Below, in pieces: positions 9,315 to 19,164 of a stretch of DNA of 64,000 bases. This DNA comes from a candidate division WWE3 bacterium (GTDB lineage Bacteria > Patescibacteriota > WWE3 > UBA101185 > UBA10185). Location: assembly GCA_052035175.1 (NCBI GenBank), contig JBPOHV010000001.1:169569-233568 (forward strand), read 5' to 3'. The notes beneath the pieces were generated by a model. That model searched no databases. It was not told where the DNA came from and was given only the letters and a program-made list of their open reading frames with translations. Made by a program: the position numbers and the translations under genes. How positions within the stretch are numbered: the first letter of the stretch is position 1; every line of letters starts with the position of its first letter.

Positions 9315-10178
9315 ATGCCAGAAGGTCCAGAAGTCAGAACATTAGTCGACGAATTAAATCAAAAAGTTGTTGGCAAGAAAATACAAAGCATTATATTTGC
9401 AAGTACAGCAGATAAGTTAATTGCAAATCTACCACAACAAGACTTCATAAACTTATTTACTTCACAAACAATTTCACAAGTACAGCGTCATGGAAAATAT
9501 ATTGATTTCAAATTCAGCAATGACTTTCATGTAATTTTGCACTTGTTAATTACAGGTCGCTTATCTTTATTAATGTCAGATGATACAAATTACCCACGCT
9601 ATTTTAGATGTGCTTTTGTATTTGAAGATGGTACAAAATTATGTCTGGGTGATCGTAGACAATGGACAAAGCTGCATGTTGTGCAAGATATCGAAATAGA
9701 AACCTATGAGCGTTTCGCAAGCCAAGGTGTCGATGTTTTTTCAGATGAATTTGATGAAGCAATACTGTCTCAAATTTTAAAAAAGTCACAAGCTATTCAT
9801 GCGCTTTTGCTAGATCAGAAAAAGATTTCTGGTTTGGGTAATATTTATGTAAATGAAGTATTATTCTTGACCGGTATACATCCACAAGCAAAAGCGCAAT
9901 CTGTCATACGAGAAAAGATTTCAACTTTATATCAACATATAAAAGATATTATGCAATTGGCCTTTGATGAACGTGGTACTACAATAGAAGCTTTTTTAGA
10001 AAGAGATTCCGGTGCTGTTGGTTGGCATACACTCGATGGTAAACCTGGTAACTTTTGGAAACATGTAAAGATTTTTCAAAAAGAAGGAAAGCCTTGTCCA
10101 AATTGCGGAACACTTATTAAGCGTACAACTGTCGGAAGCAGAAGTGCTTTCTTTTGTGAAATCTGCCAACCACTTTGA
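9315..10178 (+). CDS. mutM: Formamidopyrimidine-DNA glycosylase (Fpg/Nei family)
   Basis: N-terminal MPEGPEV, RHGKY, LLDQKKISGLGNIY H2TH motif, C-terminal CPNC...CEICQ zinc finger. Confidence 0.93.
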   Translation: MPEGPEVRTLVDELNQKVVGKKIQSIIFASTADKLIANLPQQDFINLFTSQTISQVQRHGKYIDFKFSNDFHVILHLLITGRLSLLMSDDTNYPRYFRCAFVFEDGTKLCLGDRRQWTKLHVVQDIEIETYERFASQGVDVFSDEFDEAILSQILKKSQAIHALLLDQKKISGLGNIYVNEVLFLTGIHPQAKAQSVIREKISTLYQHIKDIMQLAFDERGTTIEAFLERDSGAVGWHTLDGKPGNFWKHVKIFQKEGKPCPNCGTLIKRTTVGSRSAFFCEICQPL

Positions 10179-10191
10179 CAAAAGAATTTTT

Positions 10192-11910
10192 TTAACCGAA
10201 AGTGAATGCAAATACTTTTATTCCTGACCCTTTGAATATCAATTTTAATAAATGCGTTTTGGCAGCAGTTTGTGTATTTACTAGTTCGTACAATCCATCT
10301 CTATTAATAGTTACAATTCCGTTTACGACATCTGATCCTGCATTTTCTGCGGATATTAATTTGTCGTCTAAATAAACTTCGACAAGTTGATTTTCGGAGA
10401 CGGGTGACATTACCAAAAATACTTTTTGACCTTTATAGGCGAGTATGAGTTCTGCATCTTCTTGTGAAGTTTGTGCATATTCATTAGAAAGATTCCAAAT
10501 CCCTGAATATGCAAATTCATCTTGTCCGATAGTTTGATCGTAAGAATACTTTGCAACCCCTTTTACAGGTAGTTCATTTGAAGTGAATCTTTCCATACGA
10601 GCCAAGCCTAGATAAGTTTCAGGCGTAGTTTGATATTTTGGTAATTCATTTATATCAGCGATTTCTTGTTGTTGTGTGTTACCTGCTTCTGCCAACAATG
10701 TTTGTATAGCGCTTTCCATTTCTGCATATCCACCTTCACCAAAATGCACTTTACGTATGTAGCCGTTTGCATCTATCAAATAATGTGCAGGCCAATATCT
10801 ATTGTTATACGCTTGCCAAGTTTTGTAATCGTTGTCTTGTGCTACTGGGTAATTTATCTTGTACATTTCTAACGCGTTCTGCACATTTGATGTTTCTTTT
10901 TCAAATGCAAATTCTGGTGTATGCACTCCTACTACAACAAGCCCTTGATCTTTGTATTTTTCATACCAAGCAGTTACATACGGCAAAGTGCGGATACAAT
11001 TTATGCATGTATATGTCCAAAAATCTACTAAAACAACTTTTCCTTTCAAATCATTCATGGTCAAAGGTGATTCTGTATTTAGCCAGTTATTTATTCCGGT
11101 AAATTCTGGTGCTTTGAATTTAGCTTTATCAAGCTGTGCATTTATTTGCGGTTTATTATTTGTAAGTAAGTCGAGTTGGTTTTGTACTTTGGCATTATCT
11201 TCTAGGTTAAAAACAAAATCTGAGTATGCTGGGAATTTATCTAACAAGTATGTTTGTAAGACTTTGTCATAATTTGTATAAATCGCGAGTGCAGTTGCTA
11301 TCATAATTGCTCCAAAGATTTGTTGAATAATTTTTGTATATTTGTTTAAGACTTTGGCTTTTGCAAAGATCGAAGTTCCCAAAGATGCAAATATAAATAA
11401 TGGAATACCCACTCCAAGTACATACGCAAATGTAACTAATACTATAGAGAAATTCACGCTTTGTGTAGCTGCAAGTGTAGCTATTGTCGCTAATATTGGC
11501 CCTGCGCATGGTGTCCATACCAAACCTAATGCAAGACCTGTAAGCATTCCTGACCAATATCCTTCGCTTTGTGCGTTTGTGGAAATGTTTAATTTGTTTG
11601 TAAGAAAGCTAACGACACTTTCGAGCTTTTGTCCTAAATATGGAATTACTAGAGTTAGCCCAAGCAGGCCGATAATAAGGACAGCAAATATCCTGAGTGT
11701 ATTTGGATCGAATGAAAATATTCTTACTAAATATGAAATCGCCAATGTAGAAATTCCGAAACTTAGCATTAACCCAAAAGTTATTCCCAATGGTTTTCTT
11801 TTACCGCCAGATGTAGTCGATGACAATATAATAGGTAAAAGTGGCCATATGCACGGAGCTAAGATTGTAATAAGCCCTGATATAAATGCAAATATTAATA
11901 GCGTTGCCAT
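10192..11910 (-). CDS. dipZ: DipZ-type protein (DsbD/CcdA membrane domain, thioredoxin and C-terminal domain)
   Basis: APCIWP and WTPCAGP membrane Cys motifs, DFWTYTCINC, VHTPEFAFEK, TPETYLG. Confidence 0.92.
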   Translation of the reverse strand: MATLLIFAFISGLITILAPCIWPLLPIILSSTTSGGKRKPLGITFGLMLSFGISTLAISYLVRIFSFDPNTLRIFAVLIIGLLGLTLVIPYLGQKLESVVSFLTNKLNISTNAQSEGYWSGMLTGLALGLVWTPCAGPILATIATLAATQSVNFSIVLVTFAYVLGVGIPLFIFASLGTSIFAKAKVLNKYTKIIQQIFGAIMIATALAIYTNYDKVLQTYLLDKFPAYSDFVFNLEDNAKVQNQLDLLTNNKPQINAQLDKAKFKAPEFTGINNWLNTESPLTMNDLKGKVVLVDFWTYTCINCIRTLPYVTAWYEKYKDQGLVVVGVHTPEFAFEKETSNVQNALEMYKINYPVAQDNDYKTWQAYNNRYWPAHYLIDANGYIRKVHFGEGGYAEMESAIQTLLAEAGNTQQQEIADINELPKYQTTPETYLGLARMERFTSNELPVKGVAKYSYDQTIGQDEFAYSGIWNLSNEYAQTSQEDAELILAYKGQKVFLVMSPVSENQLVEVYLDDKLISAENAGSDVVNGIVTINRDGLYELVNTQTAAKTHLLKLIFKGSGIKVFAFTFG

Positions 11911-11911
11911 A

Positions 11912-12418
11912 TTATAAGTCGCCCAAGTTGGTTGTTACATCGGTTGCTTCCCATGCTTCGATTTTGTTTAACAAAATCTTTTGCTGTGGGTCTAATAACA
12001 CTTTTGTATGTTGATATGTCACTTTGTATTGTTTCGCCAGTGCTTTTTCTACTTCGTCAGTTTCAGGATCGTTATAGTTAACTCTAAATGCGCTTACGTT
12101 TGGGTTGTTTAATATTTTAAAGCCTTCTTTGATTCGTGGCTCTTCGGCTCTGCAAATAGGACACCAACTAGCATAAAAATTCAGTAAAATGTATTTACCG
12201 TCGCTTTGTGCTTGGGCAAAGTCTTTTTCATTAAATTCTACGTAATTTTTATCTTCTTTCTGTACTACTCTTTCTTTATTTTCCATATCTTCATTTTCCA
12301 TGTATGGTGCGTCTGTGAAGTTTTGCGTGTTTTTACTCACAAAAGCGTTGAGTATAAAGAATCCTATAATGCCAAGCAGTGCAATACCGGTAATTATTAA
12401 AAATGCTTTGTTTTTCAT
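11912..12418 (-). CDS. Membrane-anchored thioredoxin-family protein
   Basis: N-terminal TM, FYASWCPIC. Confidence 0.85.
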   Translation of the reverse strand: MKNKAFLIITGIALLGIIGFFILNAFVSKNTQNFTDAPYMENEDMENKERVVQKEDKNYVEFNEKDFAQAQSDGKYILLNFYASWCPICRAEEPRIKEGFKILNNPNVSAFRVNYNDPETDEVEKALAKQYKVTYQHTKVLLDPQQKILLNKIEAWEATDVTTNLGDL

Positions 12419-12452
12419 TTATATAGTTTATCAGAAGTAGGTTGCTTTTGAC

Positions 12453-13070
12453 TTATTCCAAGATCTTACCAAGCTCTTTTAGTGAATTAATTTCTACACA
12501 CCTTTTTGTATTTGTTTTTTGAGTATTTCTATTGAGGTATACTGGCTGGAATTCATTTGCGACTAGTAGCAATTCGATTATTTCAATATTATCATCTACA
12601 ATGAAGCATCTGTCTGGCAGCTTTGATAAAAACTCTGGTGTACGCTTTGTTTGTTCAATAAACACTAGATCGCTATTTATATATTTATCAATTCTCAGGT
12701 TTTTGAGTTTCACGCGTTGGAAACTAGGAGTTCCTTCAGAAAAGATACCAATTTGGTAATTTACAGATTGTAGATAATTCAAAGCTGGTATTACATCGGG
12801 ATACTTTGGATACAAATCAGAATTATTTTCATATTCATTAGCAAGCATTTCATATTGTTGCTTTGTAGCTGGAAGTAATTTCATAAAGTCTAAAAAGTTA
12901 TAATGATAAAGGTCTTCTATAGTTTTTACGTATTCATCATCGACGCGGGTTATCTCAGCTTTACTTATATTAAGTGTTTTGCTAATTAATTCATCAGTTT
13001 TTATAACAAATTCGTCTGTATTAAAAAGTGTGCGATCAATGTCTAGTAATACGATCTTGCTATGTGCCAT
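12453..13070 (-). CDS. HAD-superfamily hydrolase
   Basis: LLDIDRTL motif I, IFSEG, IVDD. Confidence 0.85.
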   Translation of the reverse strand: MAHSKIVLLDIDRTLFNTDEFVIKTDELISKTLNISKAEITRVDDEYVKTIEDLYHYNFLDFMKLLPATKQQYEMLANEYENNSDLYPKYPDVIPALNYLQSVNYQIGIFSEGTPSFQRVKLKNLRIDKYINSDLVFIEQTKRTPEFLSKLPDRCFIVDDNIEIIELLLVANEFQPVYLNRNTQKTNTKRCVEINSLKELGKILE

Positions 13071-13102
13071 GCGGACATTTTAGCATGCAGTATAATCATG
13101 CT

Positions 13103-14236
13103 ATGGAAGAAATAGTTTCTATAAACCCTGATGAACATGAGTATTTAGCTTATGAGCCTACCAATAGCCTCAACGAACTTCAGGATAAATTAAAAACCAA
13201 AGAAGGTCAGTTAGAATTTGCCAAAAAAGGAGTTGCAGGCGCTATTACTTTGGTGGCGCGTGGTCTTGTAAAACCTGAAGACGAAGAAGAGATATTATTG
13301 TTAGCGATTCAAAGCGAAGAATTAGAAAGAGAACGATTTGTTACGCCAACTGCTGCTAAGCATTTACAGTTATTTAAAGAAACTGTGCAAGATGCTCAAA
13401 AGCGTAAAGCATTTATAGAAAAAACAAACGAGGCCTTAACAGAAACAAATAAGTTTGCTCATAGCGCTGCTTCGCGTTTTTTTACTAAAAGTAAAACGTT
13501 ATTTGAAAAATGGGGCGCCAATGTTGAGGTTGAAAATACAAAAGGGAAAATAGCATTCTTAACGGTACCTGAAATCCAACTTCTTTTAGAACAAGTAGGT
13601 TATGTAGCGGCACATGGAAATAATTTACCTGCTGAATTTGTGATTGATACGACAAGAGATACAGCTGGCAAAGTAGTTTCGCGATTACTTACTGAAATAA
13701 AGTTTGATGATACTACTGGTATTGCGTTGTCTTTTTCTTATAATAAAAATACTTTGGAACACGAGGTAATACATTTATTAGCTCAGCAATCATCGAAAAC
13801 CAAAGTTTACACCCCAGAAGGTACAAAGGCTCCTGTTACTGTCGTATCACGTGGTTTTATGCCAAAAGCGTATAAATTAGATGGTGAAATAGACACGGAC
13901 GAGACATTAAAGCTTATATCTGGTACCAAAGACAAAAAGCAGCTATATGATTTAAAAATATTAGACGAAGCAGCAACCACTTTGATTCATGCGGTTTTGG
14001 AAGGCAACTGGACATTTGATTCTGCAGAAAATGTATTGTCGCGTAATACAGTAGGAACATTTGATTCTATCGAAAACGTACAGTGGGCACTAAAGCTTGT
14101 ACGTAAGCTGCATGGTGTTACACATCATGAGCAATTTATAAAAAGATATGTTGCAGGTGACTTGGATGGTTTTATCTCAGATTTAGAAGATTCAAGATTG
14201 TCGTTATATGAATTAATGTGGGCTATAGAACATTGA
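13103..14236 (+). CDS. Hypothetical protein with HExxH motif (possible zinc metalloprotease)
   Basis: LEHEVIHLL and downstream LDEAAT; start moved to ATG 13103 after TATAAT. Confidence 0.55.
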   Translation: MEEIVSINPDEHEYLAYEPTNSLNELQDKLKTKEGQLEFAKKGVAGAITLVARGLVKPEDEEEILLLAIQSEELERERFVTPTAAKHLQLFKETVQDAQKRKAFIEKTNEALTETNKFAHSAASRFFTKSKTLFEKWGANVEVENTKGKIAFLTVPEIQLLLEQVGYVAAHGNNLPAEFVIDTTRDTAGKVVSRLLTEIKFDDTTGIALSFSYNKNTLEHEVIHLLAQQSSKTKVYTPEGTKAPVTVVSRGFMPKAYKLDGEIDTDETLKLISGTKDKKQLYDLKILDEAATTLIHAVLEGNWTFDSAENVLSRNTVGTFDSIENVQWALKLVRKLHGVTHHEQFIKRYVAGDLDGFISDLEDSRLSLYELMWAIEH

Positions 14237-14274
14237 TCACTGCAACTTCTGTGTCTTGGCTGTACAATTAACTT

Positions 14275-15672
14275 ATGTATACTGCAAAGTTCTTTTTAAA
14301 AAACATTTTCTTAGTTTTCGGATTGTTATTTGTGTCGTTTTCATTTTGGTACTCGTTTCATCCAGTATATAAAACAACAACGCAAAATACACTCTCGTTA
14401 CCAAGTGAACCTCTGCCACCACTTACAGAAAAGGCATTTATTGGGACAATCCCAATGCCTGAAGTAAACAAGAAGCAGGCTTATATAGATACTGTTAATG
14501 GTAAATTCTTTTTGGATAGTGTCGTATATGATCCAATCGATCAAAATAAACCTATATTATTTTCCGATTTAGACGAAGCTCTACATGAAATGGGAGATTA
14601 TATATTTTATGCGCAAGCCAATAAAATAACGCGTTACAACAAAGTCACTAAAGAAATAGAAGATATAAGTTTACCTGTTGAAATGGGTAGCTATTCAGTT
14701 GCAGGTGTATCTCCATTAACAGAAACAAGAGCCATAATCAATTTTTATGGTGGTACTTATGGCTCAGATGTCCTTACGTATATATATTCTATAGACACGC
14801 AAATTTATGAGCAAATAAATTTGTTCGACGCTTGTAAAGTTGTATATTGTGGTGGGCCTTTTGTTTATGGTGAGCTTTCTTCAAAAGAGTTTATCGTAAG
14901 ACAAGGTGGCGGTGATGGTTGCGGTGGTGGAGGTTTTATATACAAATTTAATATTGAAACAATGACAAAAGAACTTATTTCAAAATACGCTGGTGGTTGT
15001 GGGCCAGACGCCCCAGCTTTTATAGGCACGGCAGACGGAAAGGTATTGATGAGCGATTATCATTATGATGAGACGCTTGGTAGTATGCATGATAATATTT
15101 TTTCGATTGATCCTTATACATTGGCAAAAAAAGATATAGTTTCCAAAGGAAAATTACCGAATAACATTTCTGATATAACTGTAAGTACTTCTAACACAAA
15201 TGACTTAATATTATATGATTATGTTTCTAGTAAAGTTTATACATTTAATTTCAGTACAATGCTTGTTACAAAAATCCAACCACTAAAAGAATACAAACTA
15301 GCACAAGATACTAGAGAAAGATCACTATACAAAATAGAAAGTACTAACTATCAGATGGATCGGATCACATCGGCATGGGAAAATAAATCTGATGAGGCAA
15401 CTGCTATCTTTGTACAAGATCTCAACGGTAATGTTAAAGATTATTTGACATTTGAAACGTGGAGAACTTTTTACAATAAGTTTTTTGGAAAGACTCTTGT
15501 TGATAAACAATGTGCTATAAATGGAAGTTATGGTTTTGCCAATGTAAATCTTGTTGGTGCAAAGTTGACATTTACTGTCTACTATTATTGCCCTGGAAGT
15601 ACGTCTACAACTTATCACATTTTACACGAAGTTGATGTCACAAATGGCGAGCTTTATGTGCTGCCAAAGTAG
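14275..15672 (+). CDS. Membrane-anchored extracellular protein, probably beta-propeller
   Basis: N-terminal TM; beta-rich, Gly/Cys-containing body. Confidence 0.6.
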   Translation: MYTAKFFLKNIFLVFGLLFVSFSFWYSFHPVYKTTTQNTLSLPSEPLPPLTEKAFIGTIPMPEVNKKQAYIDTVNGKFFLDSVVYDPIDQNKPILFSDLDEALHEMGDYIFYAQANKITRYNKVTKEIEDISLPVEMGSYSVAGVSPLTETRAIINFYGGTYGSDVLTYIYSIDTQIYEQINLFDACKVVYCGGPFVYGELSSKEFIVRQGGGDGCGGGGFIYKFNIETMTKELISKYAGGCGPDAPAFIGTADGKVLMSDYHYDETLGSMHDNIFSIDPYTLAKKDIVSKGKLPNNISDITVSTSNTNDLILYDYVSSKVYTFNFSTMLVTKIQPLKEYKLAQDTRERSLYKIESTNYQMDRITSAWENKSDEATAIFVQDLNGNVKDYLTFETWRTFYNKFFGKTLVDKQCAINGSYGFANVNLVGAKLTFTVYYYCPGSTSTTYHILHEVDVTNGELYVLPK

Positions 15673-15681
15673 GTTTTCGTA

Positions 15682-15783
15682 CTAATTTCTTGCACCACAA
15701 AGGCTACAAATGGTTCCTTTTTCAGTACCTTTTCTGCAATCCTTGCATGAGATTACTTCTGGTTGATTAATTGAGGCGTCCAT
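15682..15783 (-). CDS. 33-aa zinc-ribbon micro-protein (MDASINQPEVISCKDCRKGTEKGTICSLCGARN)
   Basis: Hand translation; CxxC-x9-CxxC; GAAAGG upstream; not in the ORF track. Confidence 0.5.
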   Translation of the reverse strand: MDASINQPEVISCKDCRKGTEKGTICSLCGARN

Positions 15784-15820
15784 AATGTCATTAATACCTT
15801 TCGTAGAAAAAATTATTACA

Positions 15821-17134
15821 CTAGTTATAGCTAGCTGTCGAATTTACAGGAATTAGACTATTTGTGTTCAAATCTACAACATAGTTACTCATTATTTGGC
15901 TAGCACCAATATTTAATTGCAAAATAACAGAGTCTGTACCTTTATATTCAAAAGGTATCATGGTAATTAAGTGGTGTATTTTGGATGTATCCACGCCAGA
16001 GGCGCTAGTGTAGTCAAAGGTAAAGAGCTCTTTGGTTGTGCCTGTCTTTAAATTGTAGACAAACAGTTTGTCAATTGAAGAAATTACCTGAAACCTTGAG
16101 TTATCATTGTTGCATGAATATTTACCACTCAATGGGCTTGATTCTATAGTGTAAAACAAATTATCTCCACTAACGGCACCTTTAAAACTATTGGTGTTTT
16201 TCGGAAAGCTTATAACATATTTTTCATCACCGCCTGGTGTTACTAAATAATATCCTGTTTGCTTATTTATCTCTGAGTTCGAGTATCTGCTGATGACTAC
16301 CTGGTTGTTATACCAACCTACTGTACTCTCATAGGTTGTAAAGCTTTTGTTAGGAAATGGGACAAATTGCTTTTTATTCAAATCATAAACTATGAATTCG
16401 CCGCCTTCATAATATCCTTTTAGAATTAACACTTTAGAGTTGTCTGCAGAAAAAATTGGTCTACGGTAAACGAATCTATCGCCTTTTAGTGGTTCTGTAT
16501 TTGAAAACTGCAATTGAGCTGGCGCACTTTCTGCGCTATCAATATCATATGTATAAAATTCATTGGTAGTGGCAATTCCAAGTAATTTTCCATTTGGTGA
16601 AAAACTAATATCTGATACTGATTCATGTGTTGTAGCAGTAGGGTAGCTTTTTTCTAAGACCGTCGTAAACTCTGCGTTTTTACTTGTGTCAGTTATATAT
16701 ACTTTGAACTCATTTTTACCATTATGATCGTATACACCTAATAAAAGAGCTACATATTTAGTTTGTTCAGAGTAAGCAACTCTTATAATTTTCATAACTG
16801 ATAAATCAATCTTTTGTAACAATGGTTTAAATCTTTCATCGACACTGCCGTTATCCAGTAATAAAGCAGATACATCTACACTTTCATTACCTACAGAAAA
16901 CTTCGATTGATAAACGTATGGATCGGTTATTTGACAACTTTTGACAGTGTTAGAGTTGTGTGATGTTGCGTCGGTATTCATAGTAGTTTTTGTAGTTTTA
17001 AGTTTATAAAACAAGGTTATTACTGCTAGAACTAGTAGCACTATAAGACCTGTTAGTATTAAGGTCTTTTTATTTAAAGAGACTAATTTTTTAGGCTCGG
17101 GTTGTATATTATCGTTTACAGTTGGGTTTTCCAT
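15821..17134 (-). CDS. Membrane-anchored beta-propeller (TolB/WD40-like) protein
   Basis: TM near the N-terminus, FSPNGK and FSADNSK blade turns. Confidence 0.65.
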   Translation of the reverse strand: MENPTVNDNIQPEPKKLVSLNKKTLILTGLIVLLVLAVITLFYKLKTTKTTMNTDATSHNSNTVKSCQITDPYVYQSKFSVGNESVDVSALLLDNGSVDERFKPLLQKIDLSVMKIIRVAYSEQTKYVALLLGVYDHNGKNEFKVYITDTSKNAEFTTVLEKSYPTATTHESVSDISFSPNGKLLGIATTNEFYTYDIDSAESAPAQLQFSNTEPLKGDRFVYRRPIFSADNSKVLILKGYYEGGEFIVYDLNKKQFVPFPNKSFTTYESTVGWYNNQVVISRYSNSEINKQTGYYLVTPGGDEKYVISFPKNTNSFKGAVSGDNLFYTIESSPLSGKYSCNNDNSRFQVISSIDKLFVYNLKTGTTKELFTFDYTSASGVDTSKIHHLITMIPFEYKGTDSVILQLNIGASQIMSNYVVDLNTNSLIPVNSTASYN

Positions 17135-17230
17135 AAGTCAACTATACTCCAATAGAGTTTGAGGGTGAAGTACCCGCTAAATTTAGAAATCGACCTAATA
17201 TTAAAGGTTGGGATATATTACAATAGCATT

Positions 17231-17962
17231 ATGGAAAATACGACAGCTGATATTGAAACAAGTTGTGATAGTCTTTTGGAAACTTTACTTGATGGAAAGC
17301 AACCAGCAGAAAATCCGGTTTTCTTTTATATAGCGGGTGGATTTAAGACTAGAAAAAGATTTTTGCAAGGTATAATTTTAAATCCTGAAGTTTATAACTC
17401 AGATTGGGTCAGCAACGTTCGTATCAACGAAACTGTTGTGATTGACTTGGGCGCTTTGATCGAACTTTTACACATCTCTGAATCTGATAAACCCATGCAA
17501 CACCCTGAGAAACTTAATAAATACAAGAGTTCATATCTTAACGCCATTAACTATATCGTGGCTCAACTTCTAGAAACAAAAACAAATATAGTTTTTGCTG
17601 ATCACGGAGATGACCTTGGTCATACTGAAAATCTAGTAAAACAAGCAAGATCTTCAGGTTATACAACACAATTAGTAGTCCTAACAATTCCACAAACCCT
17701 GCTGTTAGAGATATTGAATAACAATCAATCTAAAAAACGCGGTAGACTGGTTGATCGGGAAATTGCAGTGAGTATTGCAAAAATCGTTGATCTGAACACA
17801 CCTAAGCTAATAACTATGTTTGATTTTGCTCAAGTTTTTTCCACTGAAAATGAATTAGAACTAATAGGAGAATACGGTAAACTTAAAAACGACAATGCTA
17901 GCTTTGTAATTGATGAGACTATAATACATCGTTTTTACGAAGCCTTAATTGGGTTGCCTTGA
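17231..17962 (+). CDS. Zeta-toxin/P-loop kinase-like protein with degenerate Walker A
   Basis: FYIAGGFKTRK, NIVF, ARSSGY and RGRLV resemble the zeta-toxin family layout. Confidence 0.5.
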   Translation: MENTTADIETSCDSLLETLLDGKQPAENPVFFYIAGGFKTRKRFLQGIILNPEVYNSDWVSNVRINETVVIDLGALIELLHISESDKPMQHPEKLNKYKSSYLNAINYIVAQLLETKTNIVFADHGDDLGHTENLVKQARSSGYTTQLVVLTIPQTLLLEILNNNQSKKRGRLVDREIAVSIAKIVDLNTPKLITMFDFAQVFSTENELELIGEYGKLKNDNASFVIDETIIHRFYEALIGLP

Positions 17963-17972
17963 CTAAAACCTT

Positions 17973-17984
17973 TGGTGAGCCCAC
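17973..17984 (+). repeat. Left att junction; 11/12 match to the tRNA-Glu 3' end
   Basis: TGGTGAGCCCAC versus TGGTGACCCCAC. Confidence 0.85.
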
Positions 17985-18114
17985 TGTCCCCATTTTGGAA
18001 CACCTCTTCGAGAGCTTAATACGTACTTCTGAAAGACTCCAAGAGTTAGGCTTTACCTATTATAATGGAAAAGTGACTGTTATTGAAACTCAAGAGGAGG
18101 GAAACAATGGATAA
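17974..18114 (+). other. Stranded integrase C-terminal fragment (GEPTVPILEHLFESLIRTSERLQELGFTYYNGKVTVIETQEEGNNG*)
   Basis: Open 46-codon frame starting in the att core, in the same frame as integrase codon 556 (GGT, 45828); stop overlaps the next ATG. Confidence 0.75.
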
Positions 18115-18547
18115 CTCCTCTCTTTTTGACGAAAGGACATTTTATAAGCAATTTATACCCGATTTACTTCGATGTGATCATGAGGTTATTATCGAAAGTC
18201 CATTCATAACTAGTGAACGAATGGCTACTTTGTATCCTGTTTTTGAAAAACTAGTGAACCAAGGTGTAAAGGTTTATATCATAACCAGAGATCCTAAAGA
18301 ACACTCTAATGGCTATGAAATACAATCTGAAGCTGAAATACAGCGTTTCGAACAGTTGGGTGTACAAGTTTTCCTTTGCATAGGCAACCATCACCGCAAA
18401 TTAGCAATCCTTGATAGAAATATCCTATGGGAAGGTAGTCTCAATATTCTTTCTCAAATACAAAGTAGGGAAATCATGAGACGAATTGAAGCTAAAAGCG
18501 CAGCAGTTGAAATGTTTAATTATTTGAAGCTGGGGAGGTTTTTATAG
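18107..18547 (+). CDS. Phospholipase D-family (single HKD, Nuc-like) putative nuclease
   Basis: IESPFIT and HRKLAILD...GSLN HKD motif; GAGGAGG SD before ATG 18107. Confidence 0.85.
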   Translation: MDNSSLFDERTFYKQFIPDLLRCDHEVIIESPFITSERMATLYPVFEKLVNQGVKVYIITRDPKEHSNGYEIQSEAEIQRFEQLGVQVFLCIGNHHRKLAILDRNILWEGSLNILSQIQSREIMRRIEAKSAAVEMFNYLKLGRFL

Positions 18548-18568
18548 TCTATGTTATACTCCAACCAT

Positions 18569-18811
18569 ATGACCAAGAAGTTTACAGGCTACGAAATCAA
18601 TGAAAAAGATATTGAGGCAACGCTACGCTATCTCATAACTGAAAAGGGTATGAAGAACGCGACACGGGAAGATGCAATTAGCTTTTTGGAGGAACATCAG
18701 GATCTTGCGCATCTTATGGCTCATAAAATAGTTGAGGATGAAAAAAGTGGAAAAATTAAACCAGTAAAACTTGAATCTGATAAGGAAAAGCAGAAAATTG
18801 GATCAAAATGA
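18569..18811 (+). CDS. Small hypothetical protein
   Basis: TATACT followed by ATG 18569; charged helical protein. Confidence 0.6.
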   Translation: MTKKFTGYEINEKDIEATLRYLITEKGMKNATREDAISFLEEHQDLAHLMAHKIVEDEKSGKIKPVKLESDKEKQKIGSK

Positions 18812-19009
18812 CAAAATGTCAGAAGATTTTACTTTAAGTATCTTGAGTATATTCTGGAATATTTTCAACGAAGGATTCACTTCATCCCTTTCTATACGAG
18901 CATAGTAATTGGAATTAATCCCAGCCTTTTTGGCAACATCGGACTGTTTTAGTCCAAGTTCTTGTCTGGCTTCTTTTAATTTTTTCCCAATTTTTGTTTT
19001 TGGCGGCAT
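18803..19009 (-). CDS. XRE-family helix-turn-helix regulator
   Basis: LKEARQELGLKQSDVAKKAGI..NYYARIERDEVNPS. Confidence 0.9.
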   Translation of the reverse strand: MPPKTKIGKKLKEARQELGLKQSDVAKKAGINSNYYARIERDEVNPSLKIFQNILKILKVKSSDILSF

Positions 19010-19164
19010 AGTGAGATTATAAGCCATTTCATGATCTTCTGCCTAGAAACAATGTTTTTAGAATTTCAGAGTCTGAAAACCCTCTCAGGAAAGCAACTGA
19101 GTAATAAGTCTTTAATTCCTCACACTCAAACGAAGGAAATATACAATTTTTGCAACTTTTTACC

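Noticed and set aside
13753-13762. Partial copy of the att-associated motif (TTTGGAACAC) in a host gene
   Set aside because: Only 10 of 13 nt, explained by L-E-H codons and far from the att sites; it shows that short matches arise by chance.
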